This document shows positions 22,838 through 32,260 of a stretch of DNA of 64,000 nt, piece by piece. The stretch covers positions 448,001-512,000 of the forward strand of contig JAYQLI010000035.1 in assembly GCA_038143065.1 (NCBI GenBank), given 5' to 3'. A model generated the notes under the pieces. The model saw nothing but the letters and a program-made list of their open reading frames with translations. It searched no databases and had not been told where the DNA came from. Positions within the stretch are counted from its first letter, which is position 1. Each line of letters opens with the position of its first letter. The position numbers and the translations under genes were made by a program. The DNA is from Rhodospirillales bacterium (lineage in GTDB: Bacteria; Pseudomonadota; Alphaproteobacteria; Bin95).

Positions 22838-22867
22838 TATCCGGGTGGCAGCGTCGTCATCCGGATA
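22838..22867. terminator. Hairpin between convergent genes
   Basis: TATCCGGGTGGC..GTCATCCGGATA stem (with G-U pairs) between stops at 22785 and 22869. Confidence 0.4.
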
Positions 22868-22868
22868 C

Positions 22869-23660
22869 TTATTGTGTTAAATGATCTTTTAACAACTTAT
22901 TGAATGCGTCGACATGTTCGAGAGACGCTAAATGATGCGCAGGATCAAGCCATTCAAGCTTTGAATTCTTTATTTTTGTGGCGAGTAAGTTACTTGTTTC
23001 AATGGGCACGCCAGGATCATTTTGCGATGCGCATACAAGCGTTGGGATTCTAAAATTTGGAAGATATTCCAAGGTGTTCAATTCGCACATGGCATCGGTG
23101 ATTGATGCAAAACTTTTTGGGTGCATATCATCAAGTTTTGAAGACATGTAAGAGTAACCATCGATCTTCTTTTCGATAGCTTCATCAGTAAACCAACGTT
23201 TCAAAAGGTCCTGCTTTATAGATTTCATTCCTTGTTTCATTACTAAAGCTGAGCGTGTCTTCCACAGTTGTTTTTGATCCTCAGAATAGATTGGGGTTGT
23301 ATTCAGCAAACATAATGATTGAACGCGTTTAGGATGATGAGCGGTAAGCATTTGGCTTATCATTCCACCCATTGATACTCCTACAATGTGCGCTTGAGAA
23401 ATATTGAGGTAGTCCATTAGTCCTACCAAATCAGAACATAATAAATTCAGAGAATAGGGGCCTTCTGTTCTTGTGCTAGCACCATGGCCTCTCACATCAA
23501 TGCAGATGGTATGAAAGCCCTCTGTAGCAGGTATATGAGGGCGCCAATATTTATGGTCTGCACAAAAGCAATGCAGCATAATAACGGTTGGGGAGCCTTG
23601 TGATCCGTGTTGTGAATAGGCGAGTTCTATCCCATTCGTGGTGGCATATTTGATGGACAT
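22869..23660 (-). CDS. Alpha/beta hydrolase, 3-oxoadipate enol-lactonase (PcaD)-like
   Basis: DVRGHGAS, GPYSL, GVSMGGM nucleophile elbow, RWFT, HLASLE. Confidence 0.85.
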   Translation of the reverse strand: MSIKYATTNGIELAYSQHGSQGSPTVIMLHCFCADHKYWRPHIPATEGFHTICIDVRGHGASTRTEGPYSLNLLCSDLVGLMDYLNISQAHIVGVSMGGMISQMLTAHHPKRVQSLCLLNTTPIYSEDQKQLWKTRSALVMKQGMKSIKQDLLKRWFTDEAIEKKIDGYSYMSSKLDDMHPKSFASITDAMCELNTLEYLPNFRIPTLVCASQNDPGVPIETSNLLATKIKNSKLEWLDPAHHLASLEHVDAFNKLLKDHLTQ

Positions 23661-23686
23661 CGAGTTTATCTGCTTAGTTTTAAGAC

Positions 23687-24501
23687 TTAGGTGCTACTTA
23701 TTCGATCAATATGTTTTTTGAGGAGTGAGTTGAATTCTCTTGGTCTCTCAACGTTCGAGAAATGCTTCTGGCCATCGATAACATGAATGCTGGAGTTATT
23801 TATTTCTCTGTGCATCAGTTCTGATAAGGCCGGAGGAGTTACTTCATCATCTCCTGCTGCAATTATAGTAGTTGGGCATTTAATTTCCCGCAGTTTCGGT
23901 AGATAGTTTAGATCGCAAACTGCTGAAGTCCCACCAAGATAACCAACAGGGTTTGTGGATACAAAAATTTCGCGAATTTTTTCATACTCTTTTGAAGCTT
24001 TGTTTATGAAGTCATCCGTAAACCAAAGTCTTTTGGTCATTTCCCAGACTGGTGCCATTCCCTCTTTTCTTACTACCACTTGACGATCTGCAACCCATTG
24101 TCTGTACCCATCGGAGGCTTGGGGGTCGTATTACACAAACATAAACTATTAACCCTATTCGGAAATTTTATGGCTAATCCTTGTCCAATCATTCCACCCG
24201 TAGAGATACCAACCCAATTTATGGTTTTTATATTTAAGGCATCCAAAACGGCGACAGCATCATCAACAAATTCTGATAATGTGTAAGGGCCAGGTGGGGC
24301 TGACGAGTGACCATGTCCTCGCCAGTCATATGCAATTACCCTGAAATTTTCGGATAGCACAGCAATTTGTTGATCCCAAATGCGTAAACTTGTTCCCATT
24401 GCGTGCGCGAGTAAAATTGGTGGCGCTGAGATAGGTCCATGCTCTTCATAGTGAAATCTCAGATCGCCATTTGAAATAATTTTTCTATTTTGATCATCCA
24501 C
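23687..24501 (-). CDS. Alpha/beta hydrolase, PcaD-like (frameshift ~24115)
   Basis: HAMGTSLRIWDQQ, YDWRGHGHS, GISTGGMIG; C-terminal GDDEVTP, HFSNVERP in ORF 23687..24079. Confidence 0.82.
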
Positions 24502-25526
24502 TATATAGCCTCCTCACCATCAAAATATTTGACAATTACTTTGCCCTGATGGGAGCCGGAAAGCATTCCATTTAATGCATCTACAGTGTTGCGAAGACCA
24601 GAAATTACCTGGTGATGACTTGTAATTAGTTTTTGTTCACAAAGAAGTTTCATCTGCTTTTGGGCAAATTTCCAACGCTCTGGATATGAATATCGCGAAA
24701 ATCCATAGACCGTTGCTTCTTTCGCCCATAGTTGCCGCATATTTACCATATCAATTTCAGGGTTCTCAGAAATATTTGAAATAGTTCTGCCAACTACAAG
24801 TACGCGGGCGTGTTTTGCGAGGTATTCAAAGATCGTGTCTGTAACTGGGCCCCCTGTTGTATCAAAGACCTGATGGATCCCGTTAGTGCAAATATCGCTA
24901 AGGTGGTTCACAAAAGATGGGTTGTTATAATTCAAACAAAAATCTGCCTTTAAATTTTGTTCAACAAATTTGCACTTTGAATCAGATCCGCAAACACCGA
25001 TAACGTTCATGTTTGCCAACTTGCCGAGTTGGACTGCATACATTCCAACTGCGGCAGCTGCCGACGTTACGACCATAGTTTGACCAGGTGTATTTCTGCC
25101 AAAAAGGTCAAGGCAAGTATAGGCTGTTAGCCCCGGGGAACTAAGTGCAGTTAGTGATAAAAGTGGGTCATTTAGTTCTGGAATTGGTGAGATTTCAGCG
25201 GGGGAAACATCGGCATATCTCTGCCATCCAAGTCGGCCAACTACATGCTGACCAATTTTTAACTTACCTGTATATGAGGAATGTATTTGAATAATCTCAC
25301 CAAGAACATCACAATCGATCAACTCACCAATTTCGAATGGTGTTGTATAGTTCTTGAAGTCCTTCATTCGTTGCAATTGCCATGGAGAAAGCGCAACGTA
25401 ATTTATCCGTATTCTGATAGCGCTATCTCTTAATTCTCCCATAACTATCTGAGAAATTTCAAAATCATCTGGTGCCGGCAAGCCTACTGGCCGTTTTTTG
25501 AGGATGATTTGTTCATTTAACAACAT
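24501..25526 (-). CDS. NADP-dependent oxidoreductase (prostaglandin reductase/CurA-like MDR family)
   Basis: KRPVGLP..DF, LGWQRYA, PGLTAY, SAAAAVG, GSDSKC, GKVIV. Confidence 0.85.
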   Translation of the reverse strand: MLLNEQIILKKRPVGLPAPDDFEISQIVMGELRDSAIRIRINYVALSPWQLQRMKDFKNYTTPFEIGELIDCDVLGEIIQIHSSYTGKLKIGQHVVGRLGWQRYADVSPAEISPIPELNDPLLSLTALSSPGLTAYTCLDLFGRNTPGQTMVVTSAAAAVGMYAVQLGKLANMNVIGVCGSDSKCKFVEQNLKADFCLNYNNPSFVNHLSDICTNGIHQVFDTTGGPVTDTIFEYLAKHARVLVVGRTISNISENPEIDMVNMRQLWAKEATVYGFSRYSYPERWKFAQKQMKLLCEQKLITSHHQVISGLRNTVDALNGMLSGSHQGKVIVKYFDGEEAI

Positions 25527-25697
25527 GAGTTTGAAGCACCTTTTAATTTTGGAATTCTTAAATAACTCATAGAGCGCCGCAAGTGTCAGACGAGGAATTT
25601 TTGTTTGGGCTCAATGGTTTGGGAACTTTGAGAGTGGCCCTTTTAGTTTATGAAGCGTCAAGCTGACTTAAAAGTTTGAGTATATATGCACACCCTT

Positions 25698-26630
25698 TTA
25701 TGAGCTCAGACGGCGGTCCTTGGCCTGCTGATAATAGGTGAGATCAAGATATTTGGATGGATCATTAAGCTGGCGTCCACCATATTGGCTTCGAAGCTCG
25801 AGAACGGTGTTAAACCCGTTTTGATCTATGCTAGCGAATGGGGTTAATCCGGTATCCGGAGAAAGTAGTTTGTCCATTACTTTATCGATAGCTTTAGCGT
25901 TGATGTTAGGCATATTGCGGAGAAGAATTTCAGTCGCAGTCTGTCTGTTTTCAGAGTCCAATGTCCATTCCAGACTATTCAGATACCCTGTGATAAAACC
26001 AAGAAGCGCTTCACTATTTCCTTTTGCCCAATTCTTTCGCGCTGCAAAGCTACCACCCTGATAGGCTTTTACTGTTTGTAGGCTCGATTCCAGAATTTTG
26101 AACCCGGCAGCCTTGGCCATGGCAGTGAAGGGTTCAATGGTTAGGGTCCCTATATGTTCACCAGTTTTTACAGATTCCCATCTCTCAGGTGTTGCCCCAA
26201 CGGCAACCATAGTTATGTCGTTTAGATCGACACCAGCATTTTCCAGCATCCGATATAAAATAAAGGCAAAGCCCGTGGACAAAGCATCCAAGGCAATAGT
26301 TTTGCCTCTTAAGTCAGCGAAGCTTTGAATATCTGGCGAGACAACGAAAGACAGTTCCAACTGTGTTGCGCCCATAAAGGCAAAAATATCCGATTTCTCG
26401 CTTAAAGTAATAGCTCCCTGATTTTCTGTGTAGGCTACAACGTTATCGATGGCCGTGCCTGCGATTTGATACTTTCCCTTCATGAGGTGCTCAATCTGAT
26501 AGACCGAACTAGGCGTTGTATTCAAATTTGCTCTAACCCCTGCGGCTTCAAAAAATCCCAATTCTTGGCCGACAAAAATTGGTAAATTTGGTGCGCCTGG
26601 AAAATTGATTAATTGCAAATCAATAGTCAT
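25698..26630 (-). CDS. NMT1/THI5-like ABC substrate-binding protein
   Basis: FPGAPNLP..GFF, TAIDNVVAY, DLRGKTIALDALSTGFAF, GATPER. Confidence 0.82.
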   Translation of the reverse strand: MTIDLQLINFPGAPNLPIFVGQELGFFEAAGVRANLNTTPSSVYQIEHLMKGKYQIAGTAIDNVVAYTENQGAITLSEKSDIFAFMGATQLELSFVVSPDIQSFADLRGKTIALDALSTGFAFILYRMLENAGVDLNDITMVAVGATPERWESVKTGEHIGTLTIEPFTAMAKAAGFKILESSLQTVKAYQGGSFAARKNWAKGNSEALLGFITGYLNSLEWTLDSENRQTATEILLRNMPNINAKAIDKVMDKLLSPDTGLTPFASIDQNGFNTVLELRSQYGGRQLNDPSKYLDLTYYQQAKDRRLSS

Positions 26631-26643
26631 CGAAAAATCCTTT

Positions 26644-29033
26644 TTAATGGTCTTCTGGTCGATGGATTGCTTGCCAGACTTTTAATGGGGTAATTGGCAT
26701 CTTTAGATCGCGCACCCCATAAGGCCGGAGCGCATCTACTAAAGCATTAACGACTGCGGCTAGTGCGCCCGTTGTACCGCCTTCGCCGCCAGCCTTGACC
26801 CCAAGCGGGTTAGTGGGTGAGGGGACCTCGTTAAGTGCAGTAATAAACATGGGGAAGTGGTCGGCTCGTGGCATGCCGTAGTCCATAAAACTTCCACACA
26901 TTGGCTGACCAGTTTTTGGATCAATGGCACATTGCTCGAAAAGAGCCTGACCAATTCCTTGTACCGCGCCTCCGTGGGTCTGACCTTCAACGATTAGAGG
27001 GTTGATTGCACGGCCTACATCATCGATGGCTACATACTTGGTAATAGTCATGCAGCATGTTTCGGGATCTACCTCTATCTCACAGACTTGGGCGCCGTTA
27101 GGAAATACTTGGGTATGCATCTCGTTACTGAGGCGCACTTGCAAAGGACCTTTTAAATTGTCTGGTAGTCTGGCCTGAAATGCTGGATCAGTCAGAGCAG
27201 ATGCTATTTCAAACAGGTCGAGTGTTTTGTTTCCATTAATTGTTGAGAAAATGCCGTCAGAAAACTCGATTTTGTCTCTGTCCACATTCATTAAAAAAGC
27301 AGCAATTCTTTTGCTGCGGTCAATCAATTCATCGGCGGCTTTTACAATCACTGTTCCAGCCATCCGCATGGACCGTCCGGAATGAGATCCTCCGCCATGT
27401 TTCACAATTTCTGTATCGCCTAGAATAATGTTTATCCTGTCCACGGGAATGCTTAGCCAGTCTGCTGCAACTTGAGCAAAGCTAGTTTCATGTCCCTGAC
27501 CGCTAGGCTGAGTACCAATGATGACTTCAGCATAACCGGGAGAGTTGGAGTTCGGCGCTTTGATATTAATAACGGCCTCTTCAACTGGCGATCCGGTTGA
27601 TGACTCAACGTAGTTGCAAAATCCCCGTCCCAATAGTTTGCCGCGTGCTTCTGCTTTTGCCCTGCGGTCGTCAAAATTATCCCAATCAGCCAGCTGTATG
27701 GCGATTTCCATATTACGTTTGTAGTCTCCAGAGTCATACTGTGCGCCAATTGGATTGCGATATGGCATCTGGCAAGACTGGATCAAATTGCGCTGCCGAA
27801 GTTCGATAGGATCGAAGCCAAAATCATGAGCTGCTGTATCGATTAGACGTTCAATTGCAAAGGTTACCTCTGGCCGACCTGATGAACGATAAGCCTGAGT
27901 TGGAACAGTATTTGAGAAAACTGCGCGGGCACGGACCGTTGCCGCCGGAATGTGGTAATTTCCAGAAACCAGTGCGGAGCCTTTGCCTAAGGGTGAGAGA
28001 GAAACGATGCGTGCACCAACGTTAGAAATGTTGTCTGCACGCATTGCCAGAAACCTCCCGGTATCATCCATGGCAAGTTCAACTTTGGTCACCAGGTCAC
28101 GCCCTTGATAATCAGATAGAAAAGCTTCCGATCGATCACAGGTAAATTTTACCGGTTTGCCGAGAACTAAGGCTGCATGAACAACTAATGGGAAACTCCA
28201 CGTAAACACGATTGCGGGTTCCAAAATTTCCGCCGACATCTTTGGAGATAACCCGAAGTTTATCGGCCTCTAATCCAAGAGTTTTTATAATCTCATTTTT
28301 TTGGCGTACGGCACCGCCGCTACCGGCGTAGAGAGTAATTGTTCCTGTTGCCAGATTAGGAACCGCCAAGAGCACTTCTTGGTTCTAAGGGTACTCCGGT
28401 CACGCGATCAACATGAAAGTCCATTTGTATTATGTGTGCAGCATTGGCAAATGCCCTGTCGGTAGCTGCTGGATCACCGAAAATCTTATCGACGGGAGTA
28501 TTTCCTGGCACTTCCTCCCAGATTGCTGGCTTATTAACTTCCGCTGCTGAGATTGTGTTTGTCACCCAAGGCAGTTGCTCGTATTCGATCTCTAATGCTT
28601 CTGCTGCGTCTTTGGCTTGGTGGCGTGTATTTGCAACAACCATTGCAACGGCCTCTCCCACGTGCCGCGCCTTATCATAAGGGAGAGGAATATGTGGACC
28701 GATAAATATATCGCTATCATTAGGGCCGCGAAGTTTTAGATCATTGTCAGTCTTGGGAATAGGATTGTGCGGAATTCCCTCCATGTCCGCTGATTGACAG
28801 TCGGCGCCCGTGATGACTAAGCGCACACCATCCATCGCCATAACAGCATCTTTTTTAATCGAAACGATGCGCGCATGCGGATAGGGTGACCGAACCATGA
28901 CGGCATAGAGCTGTCCCGACAACGAAAAATCATCACTGAACGAGCCTCTGCCCGTGACCAGCCGAAAATCCTCTTTCCGCTTGTTTGGCCGCCCAATTTC
29001 CCGAAACTTGGCTACCAAGGGCTCATTGGGCAT
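26644..29033 (-). CDS. Xanthine dehydrogenase family molybdopterin-binding large subunit (two apparent frameshifts ~28360 and ~28190)
   Basis: RKEDFRLVTGRG, VRSPYPHARI, DVGGNFG, AYRSSGRPE, GQGHETSFAQ, GGSHSGRS, NPLIVEGQTHGG, GVKAGGEGG. Confidence 0.9.
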
Positions 29034-29059
29034 TTATTCTACTCACCAGATTGATGGTC

Positions 29060-30027
29060 TCAAACAGAGAAGACTGTTGAGCCTGTTGTCTCTCTAGCTT
29101 CAAGCGCTCGGTGGGCCTCTTTAACCTCACTCAGAGCGTATGTTTGATTTATTTCAATCTTTACGCCATCACGCACAGCTGTGAACAAAGCGTTAGCGAT
29201 TTCGAGGGTTAGTTCGCGCGTGGCTGTGTGTGGTGCCAGTCCAGGGCGTGTGAAATACAAGGCCTTGCTGGCAAGTGATGCTCCCGACACTGGTGCTATA
29301 GCTCCAGATGCCGCACCGAAGTTCACATAAGTGCCAAAGCGCCCTAGGCAGTCTAGGGAACCTTCTTGGACTGCTGCCCCAACGCCATCATATACGACTG
29401 GTAGGCCATCGCCGCTGGTCAACTCCAAAACTTGTTTTGTAAAATCCTCACGAGTGTAAACAATTGGGTGATCACAGCCATAGGCTTTGGCTAGTTCTGC
29501 CTTTTCGTCGCTGCCAACCGTACCAATTACCCTAACGCCTCTTTGCTTGAGCCACTGACAGGCAATCAAGCCAACACCGCCAGCTGCTGCGTGTACTAGA
29601 GCAGTCTCGCCAGCTTGAACTTTATAGGTTCGATTAATCAGGTAGGAGACCGTCAATCCTTTCAGCAGCATACCTGCGGCTTGCGTGTCACTAACGTCGT
29701 CTGGCAGTGGGATAAGTCGCTCCGCAGGGTATACGCGTTCTTCGGCATAGGAACCTGGGGGCCCATGACATATCCGACCCTACTACCCACCTTAACGTGG
29801 TCTACTCCTTCACCAATCGCTTCGACAACGCCAACGCCCTCCATGCCAATGCGAGCAGGTAGGTCTAATTTGTATCCTCCAGAGCGTTGATAGACATCAA
29901 TATAGTTTAAGCCTACAGCTGTTTGTCTGATTAAGGCCTCACCGGGCTTAGGGTTTACCTCGGCTACTTTTTCCCAGCGCATCACCTCAGGACCGCCTTG
30001 TTCATAGACTTGTATTGCATAAGGCAT
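29060..30027 (-). CDS. qor: NADPH:quinone oxidoreductase (zeta-crystallin family; frameshift ~29760)
   Basis: GGPEVM, GLNYIDVYQRSG, HAAAGGVG, VYDGVG, NFGAASG, LEARETTGS. Confidence 0.88.
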
Positions 30028-30228
30028 CGAAATTAACCCTCCAGAGAATAAGACAGATAGTTTTTGCAACTAAGCCGCTATGAATACCAAGTAATTTTTG
30101 TCATCCGCAAAAATCATAGCAATCTTATTATGCAAAGAAGATTTACCTGCTGAGCGCTTTTTGGATAGGAGAATGTGATAAAAAATCTGTTGATAGGCGT
30201 TCTTCAGTGACATGGCGGCAGTTGAGGC

Positions 30229-31404
30229 TCATTTCTGTAGCGTTAGACGTATAAGCTGCCCGTCAGGCGAGTCCGTCAGGATATATAAATAGCCGTCTGG
30301 TCCTTGGCGAACATCACGAATGCGTTCCTCTAGATCCGTCAGAATCCTCTCTTCACCGACGACTTTTTCTCCACGAAGGGTAAGGCGCACTAACATCTGG
30401 TCCTTCAAAGCACCGATAAAGAGATTGTCTTTCCAAGCTGGAAAGACAGCCCCTGTATAGAACGCCATCCCCGATGGCGCGATGGACGGGTCCCAATAGT
30501 AGATGGGTTGTTCCATGCCGTCTTTGTGCGTGCCCTCACCGATCTTCAGTCCGGAATAATGACGCCCATAGGATATAATGGGCCAGCCATAATTCCGCCC
30601 GGCGCGTGGTATGTTGATTTCGTCGCCGCCGCGTGCGCCATGTTCGACTGTCCATAATTCGCCTGTGGTTGGATGTAGTGCGGCGCCTTGTGGATTGCGG
30701 TGTCCCATGGACCAGACTTCGGGGCGGTGACTCGGCCTACCGAAAAATGGATTATTCTTTGGAACAGTACCGTCCGGTTTGATCCGGTTGATTTGGCCGC
30801 GATTGATTTTTGGATTTTGAACCTGGTCTCGTTGTCCCCGGTCACCGGTCGTGATGAACAAATTTCCGTCGCGCGCGATCACGATACGAGAGCCGAAATG
30901 CCGCCCGTCGTCTGATTTCGGGTGTTGGGAAAACAGAACACGCACGTCCCTCAAAGACATGGTCGGCAGGTCTAATACAGCGCGTGCCAAAGCCGTGCCG
31001 CTGCCATCGGGGCCTGGCTCAGAATATGTAAAATAGATGAGGCCGCTCTCAGAGAAGTTAGGGCTGAGTGCGATGTCCAACAGCCCACCTTGTCCTTCGG
31101 CTATAATCTTGGGCAATCCGGAAATTGGATCAGATAAGGTGCCATTGGCAGAAACGATGCGAAGCAGCCCGGACCGCTCGGTTACCAAAAATCTGTTGTC
31201 AGGCAAAAACGCAAGGCCCCAGGGGTGATCCAAGTCGCTGGTGATTGCCTGAAGCCTTACGGTGTAATGTTTTGTTGGAATTAGCGTTTTGGCGGAAAGA
31301 GATGCGCCATTCCAAAGAGAGCAGGTTAACAGGGAAATAAAAAACACAAGCATGTAGCGTTGATCGTCTAAAGTCCTGCGCTTCATTGCCTTTCTCTCCG
31401 CCAT
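30229..31404 (-). CDS. PQQ-dependent sugar dehydrogenase (soluble aldose sugar dehydrogenase, YliI-like)
   Basis: HPWGLAFLPD, GQGGLLDI, HFGSRI, GHRNPQG, EHGARGGDEIN, NYGWP, SIAPSGM, RIRDVRQGPDG; signal peptide; true start may be 31386 or 31353. Confidence 0.92.
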   Translation of the reverse strand: MAERKAMKRRTLDDQRYMLVFFISLLTCSLWNGASLSAKTLIPTKHYTVRLQAITSDLDHPWGLAFLPDNRFLVTERSGLLRIVSANGTLSDPISGLPKIIAEGQGGLLDIALSPNFSESGLIYFTYSEPGPDGSGTALARAVLDLPTMSLRDVRVLFSQHPKSDDGRHFGSRIVIARDGNLFITTGDRGQRDQVQNPKINRGQINRIKPDGTVPKNNPFFGRPSHRPEVWSMGHRNPQGAALHPTTGELWTVEHGARGGDEINIPRAGRNYGWPIISYGRHYSGLKIGEGTHKDGMEQPIYYWDPSIAPSGMAFYTGAVFPAWKDNLFIGALKDQMLVRLTLRGEKVVGEERILTDLEERIRDVRQGPDGYLYILTDSPDGQLIRLTLQK

Positions 31405-31422
31405 AAATTGGCGATAACCATC
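31393..31422 (+). repeat. Left arm of 30-bp inverted repeat (copy of tRNA-Ser 3' end plus trailer)
   Basis: TCTCTCCGCCATAAATTGGCGATAACCATC is the exact reverse complement of 32049-32078. Confidence 0.93.
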
Positions 31423-31439
31423 TGATTAATGCAAAGAGT

Positions 31440-31467
31440 GTGAACCAGATGGATTGCGCTGGTTCAC
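31440..31467 (-). terminator. Hairpin downstream of the lipoprotein gene
   Basis: 9-bp perfect stem GTGAACCAG/CTGGTTCAC with 10-nt loop, followed by ACTCTTT on the minus strand. Confidence 0.5.
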
Positions 31468-31508
31468 GCCTAAGCTTGTACTGGTAATTAAATCCGAACC
31501 ACGCGGAC

Positions 31509-31904
31509 TTATTTTTTAGGTGTCAAAGTAATGTTTACCGGTGAGGTGTATTTGTTATCAGCACCGGTTGCAGAGTCTATTCCCCAACCAACTACACCTC
31601 CGAGAAGAATGTTTCCTAAAGTTGCTTTAGCGTTTCCGGATTTGTTTATGTAGGTGGTTTCGTCATAACCATCTTTGTTACATCTAATCGTAATATCTTC
31701 TTTCGTTTTAGAAACTAATGCTGCTCCGGGTGTTGGATTGACACGAGCAATGTTTGTTCCCTTTCGTTCTACTCCACAATCAGCACCTGAAGGATTTGTA
31801 TTGATTACAATTTCCTGACTGGTGCCATCCACAATTGTTGAACACGCTCCTAAAGATAGAGACGAGACAACTAGAGCGAGAGACAAACCCTTCTTGAGAT
31901 CCAT
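31509..31904 (-). CDS. Small predicted lipoprotein of unknown function
   Basis: Signal peptide with lipobox LGAC; GTSQEIVINTNPSGADC, GNILLGGVVGWGIDSATGA..Y glycine-rich segment; visibly AT-rich. Confidence 0.8.
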   Translation of the reverse strand: MDLKKGLSLALVVSSLSLGACSTIVDGTSQEIVINTNPSGADCGVERKGTNIARVNPTPGAALVSKTKEDITIRCNKDGYDETTYINKSGNAKATLGNILLGGVVGWGIDSATGADNKYTSPVNITLTPKK

Positions 31905-31937
31905 TTTTAATTTCCATCAAACTTATCAATTTAGGAG

Positions 31938-31967
31938 ATTTCAAACCCATTTTGACCAACTGTCAAA
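31938..31967 (-). promoter_or_regulatory. Candidate sigma70 promoter with palindromic operator for the lipoprotein gene
   Basis: Minus strand TTGACA(31966-31961)-17 nt-TGAAAT(31943-31938); dyad TTTGAC-N5-GTCAAA at 31951-31967 overlaps the -35. Confidence 0.5.
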
Positions 31968-32048
31968 CCGCTATCTTCTTAATCAATTCATGCCATTGGA
32001 CCAAGGCTGCTTGATTGTTTGAAGTTTGTCATCCTCAATACAGATACT

Positions 32049-32078
32049 GATGGTTATCGCCAATTTATGGCGGAGAGA
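32049..32078 (-). repeat. Right arm of 30-bp inverted repeat (overlaps tRNA-Ser 3' end)
   Basis: GATGGTTATCGCCAATTTATGGCGGAGAGA; includes the last 11 nt of the tRNA and 19 nt of trailer. Confidence 0.93.
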
Positions 32079-32157
32079 GAGGGATTCGAACCCTCGAAGG
32101 ACTTGCGCCCTTAACGGTTTTCGAGACCGCCCCATTCAACCACTCTGGCACCTCTCC
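32068..32157 (-). tRNA. tRNA-Ser(CGA)
   Basis: GGAGAGG..; anticodon arm GCGGT-CTCGAAA-ACCGT; long variable arm; GAGGG TTCGAAT CCCTC; encoded CCA; 90 nt. Confidence 0.97.
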
Positions 32158-32260
32158 ATGGTGAGTTAGAGGTCTAACTCTCAAGGCCGCGGAAGTTAGC
32201 TGAGTAGATAGGTGCGTGCAAGCGCTTGAAACTCTTTAAAACGGAAGTTCCTTCTACACG

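Noticed and set aside
26644-29033. Aerobic CO dehydrogenase CoxL
   Set aside because: Lacks the AYXCSFR Cu-binding motif, and no coxM/coxS or accessory genes are adjacent.
31290-31302. TGGCGGAAAGAGA, a 12/13 direct match to the tRNA 3' end (possible att site)
   Set aside because: Short, mismatched and inside the dehydrogenase coding sequence; compatible with chance.
32068-32157. Long-variable-arm tRNA next to a Sec-GST gene as possible tRNA-Sec (selC)
   Set aside because: Anticodon is CGA, not UCA, and the acceptor stem is the standard 7 bp; it is an ordinary tRNA-Ser.
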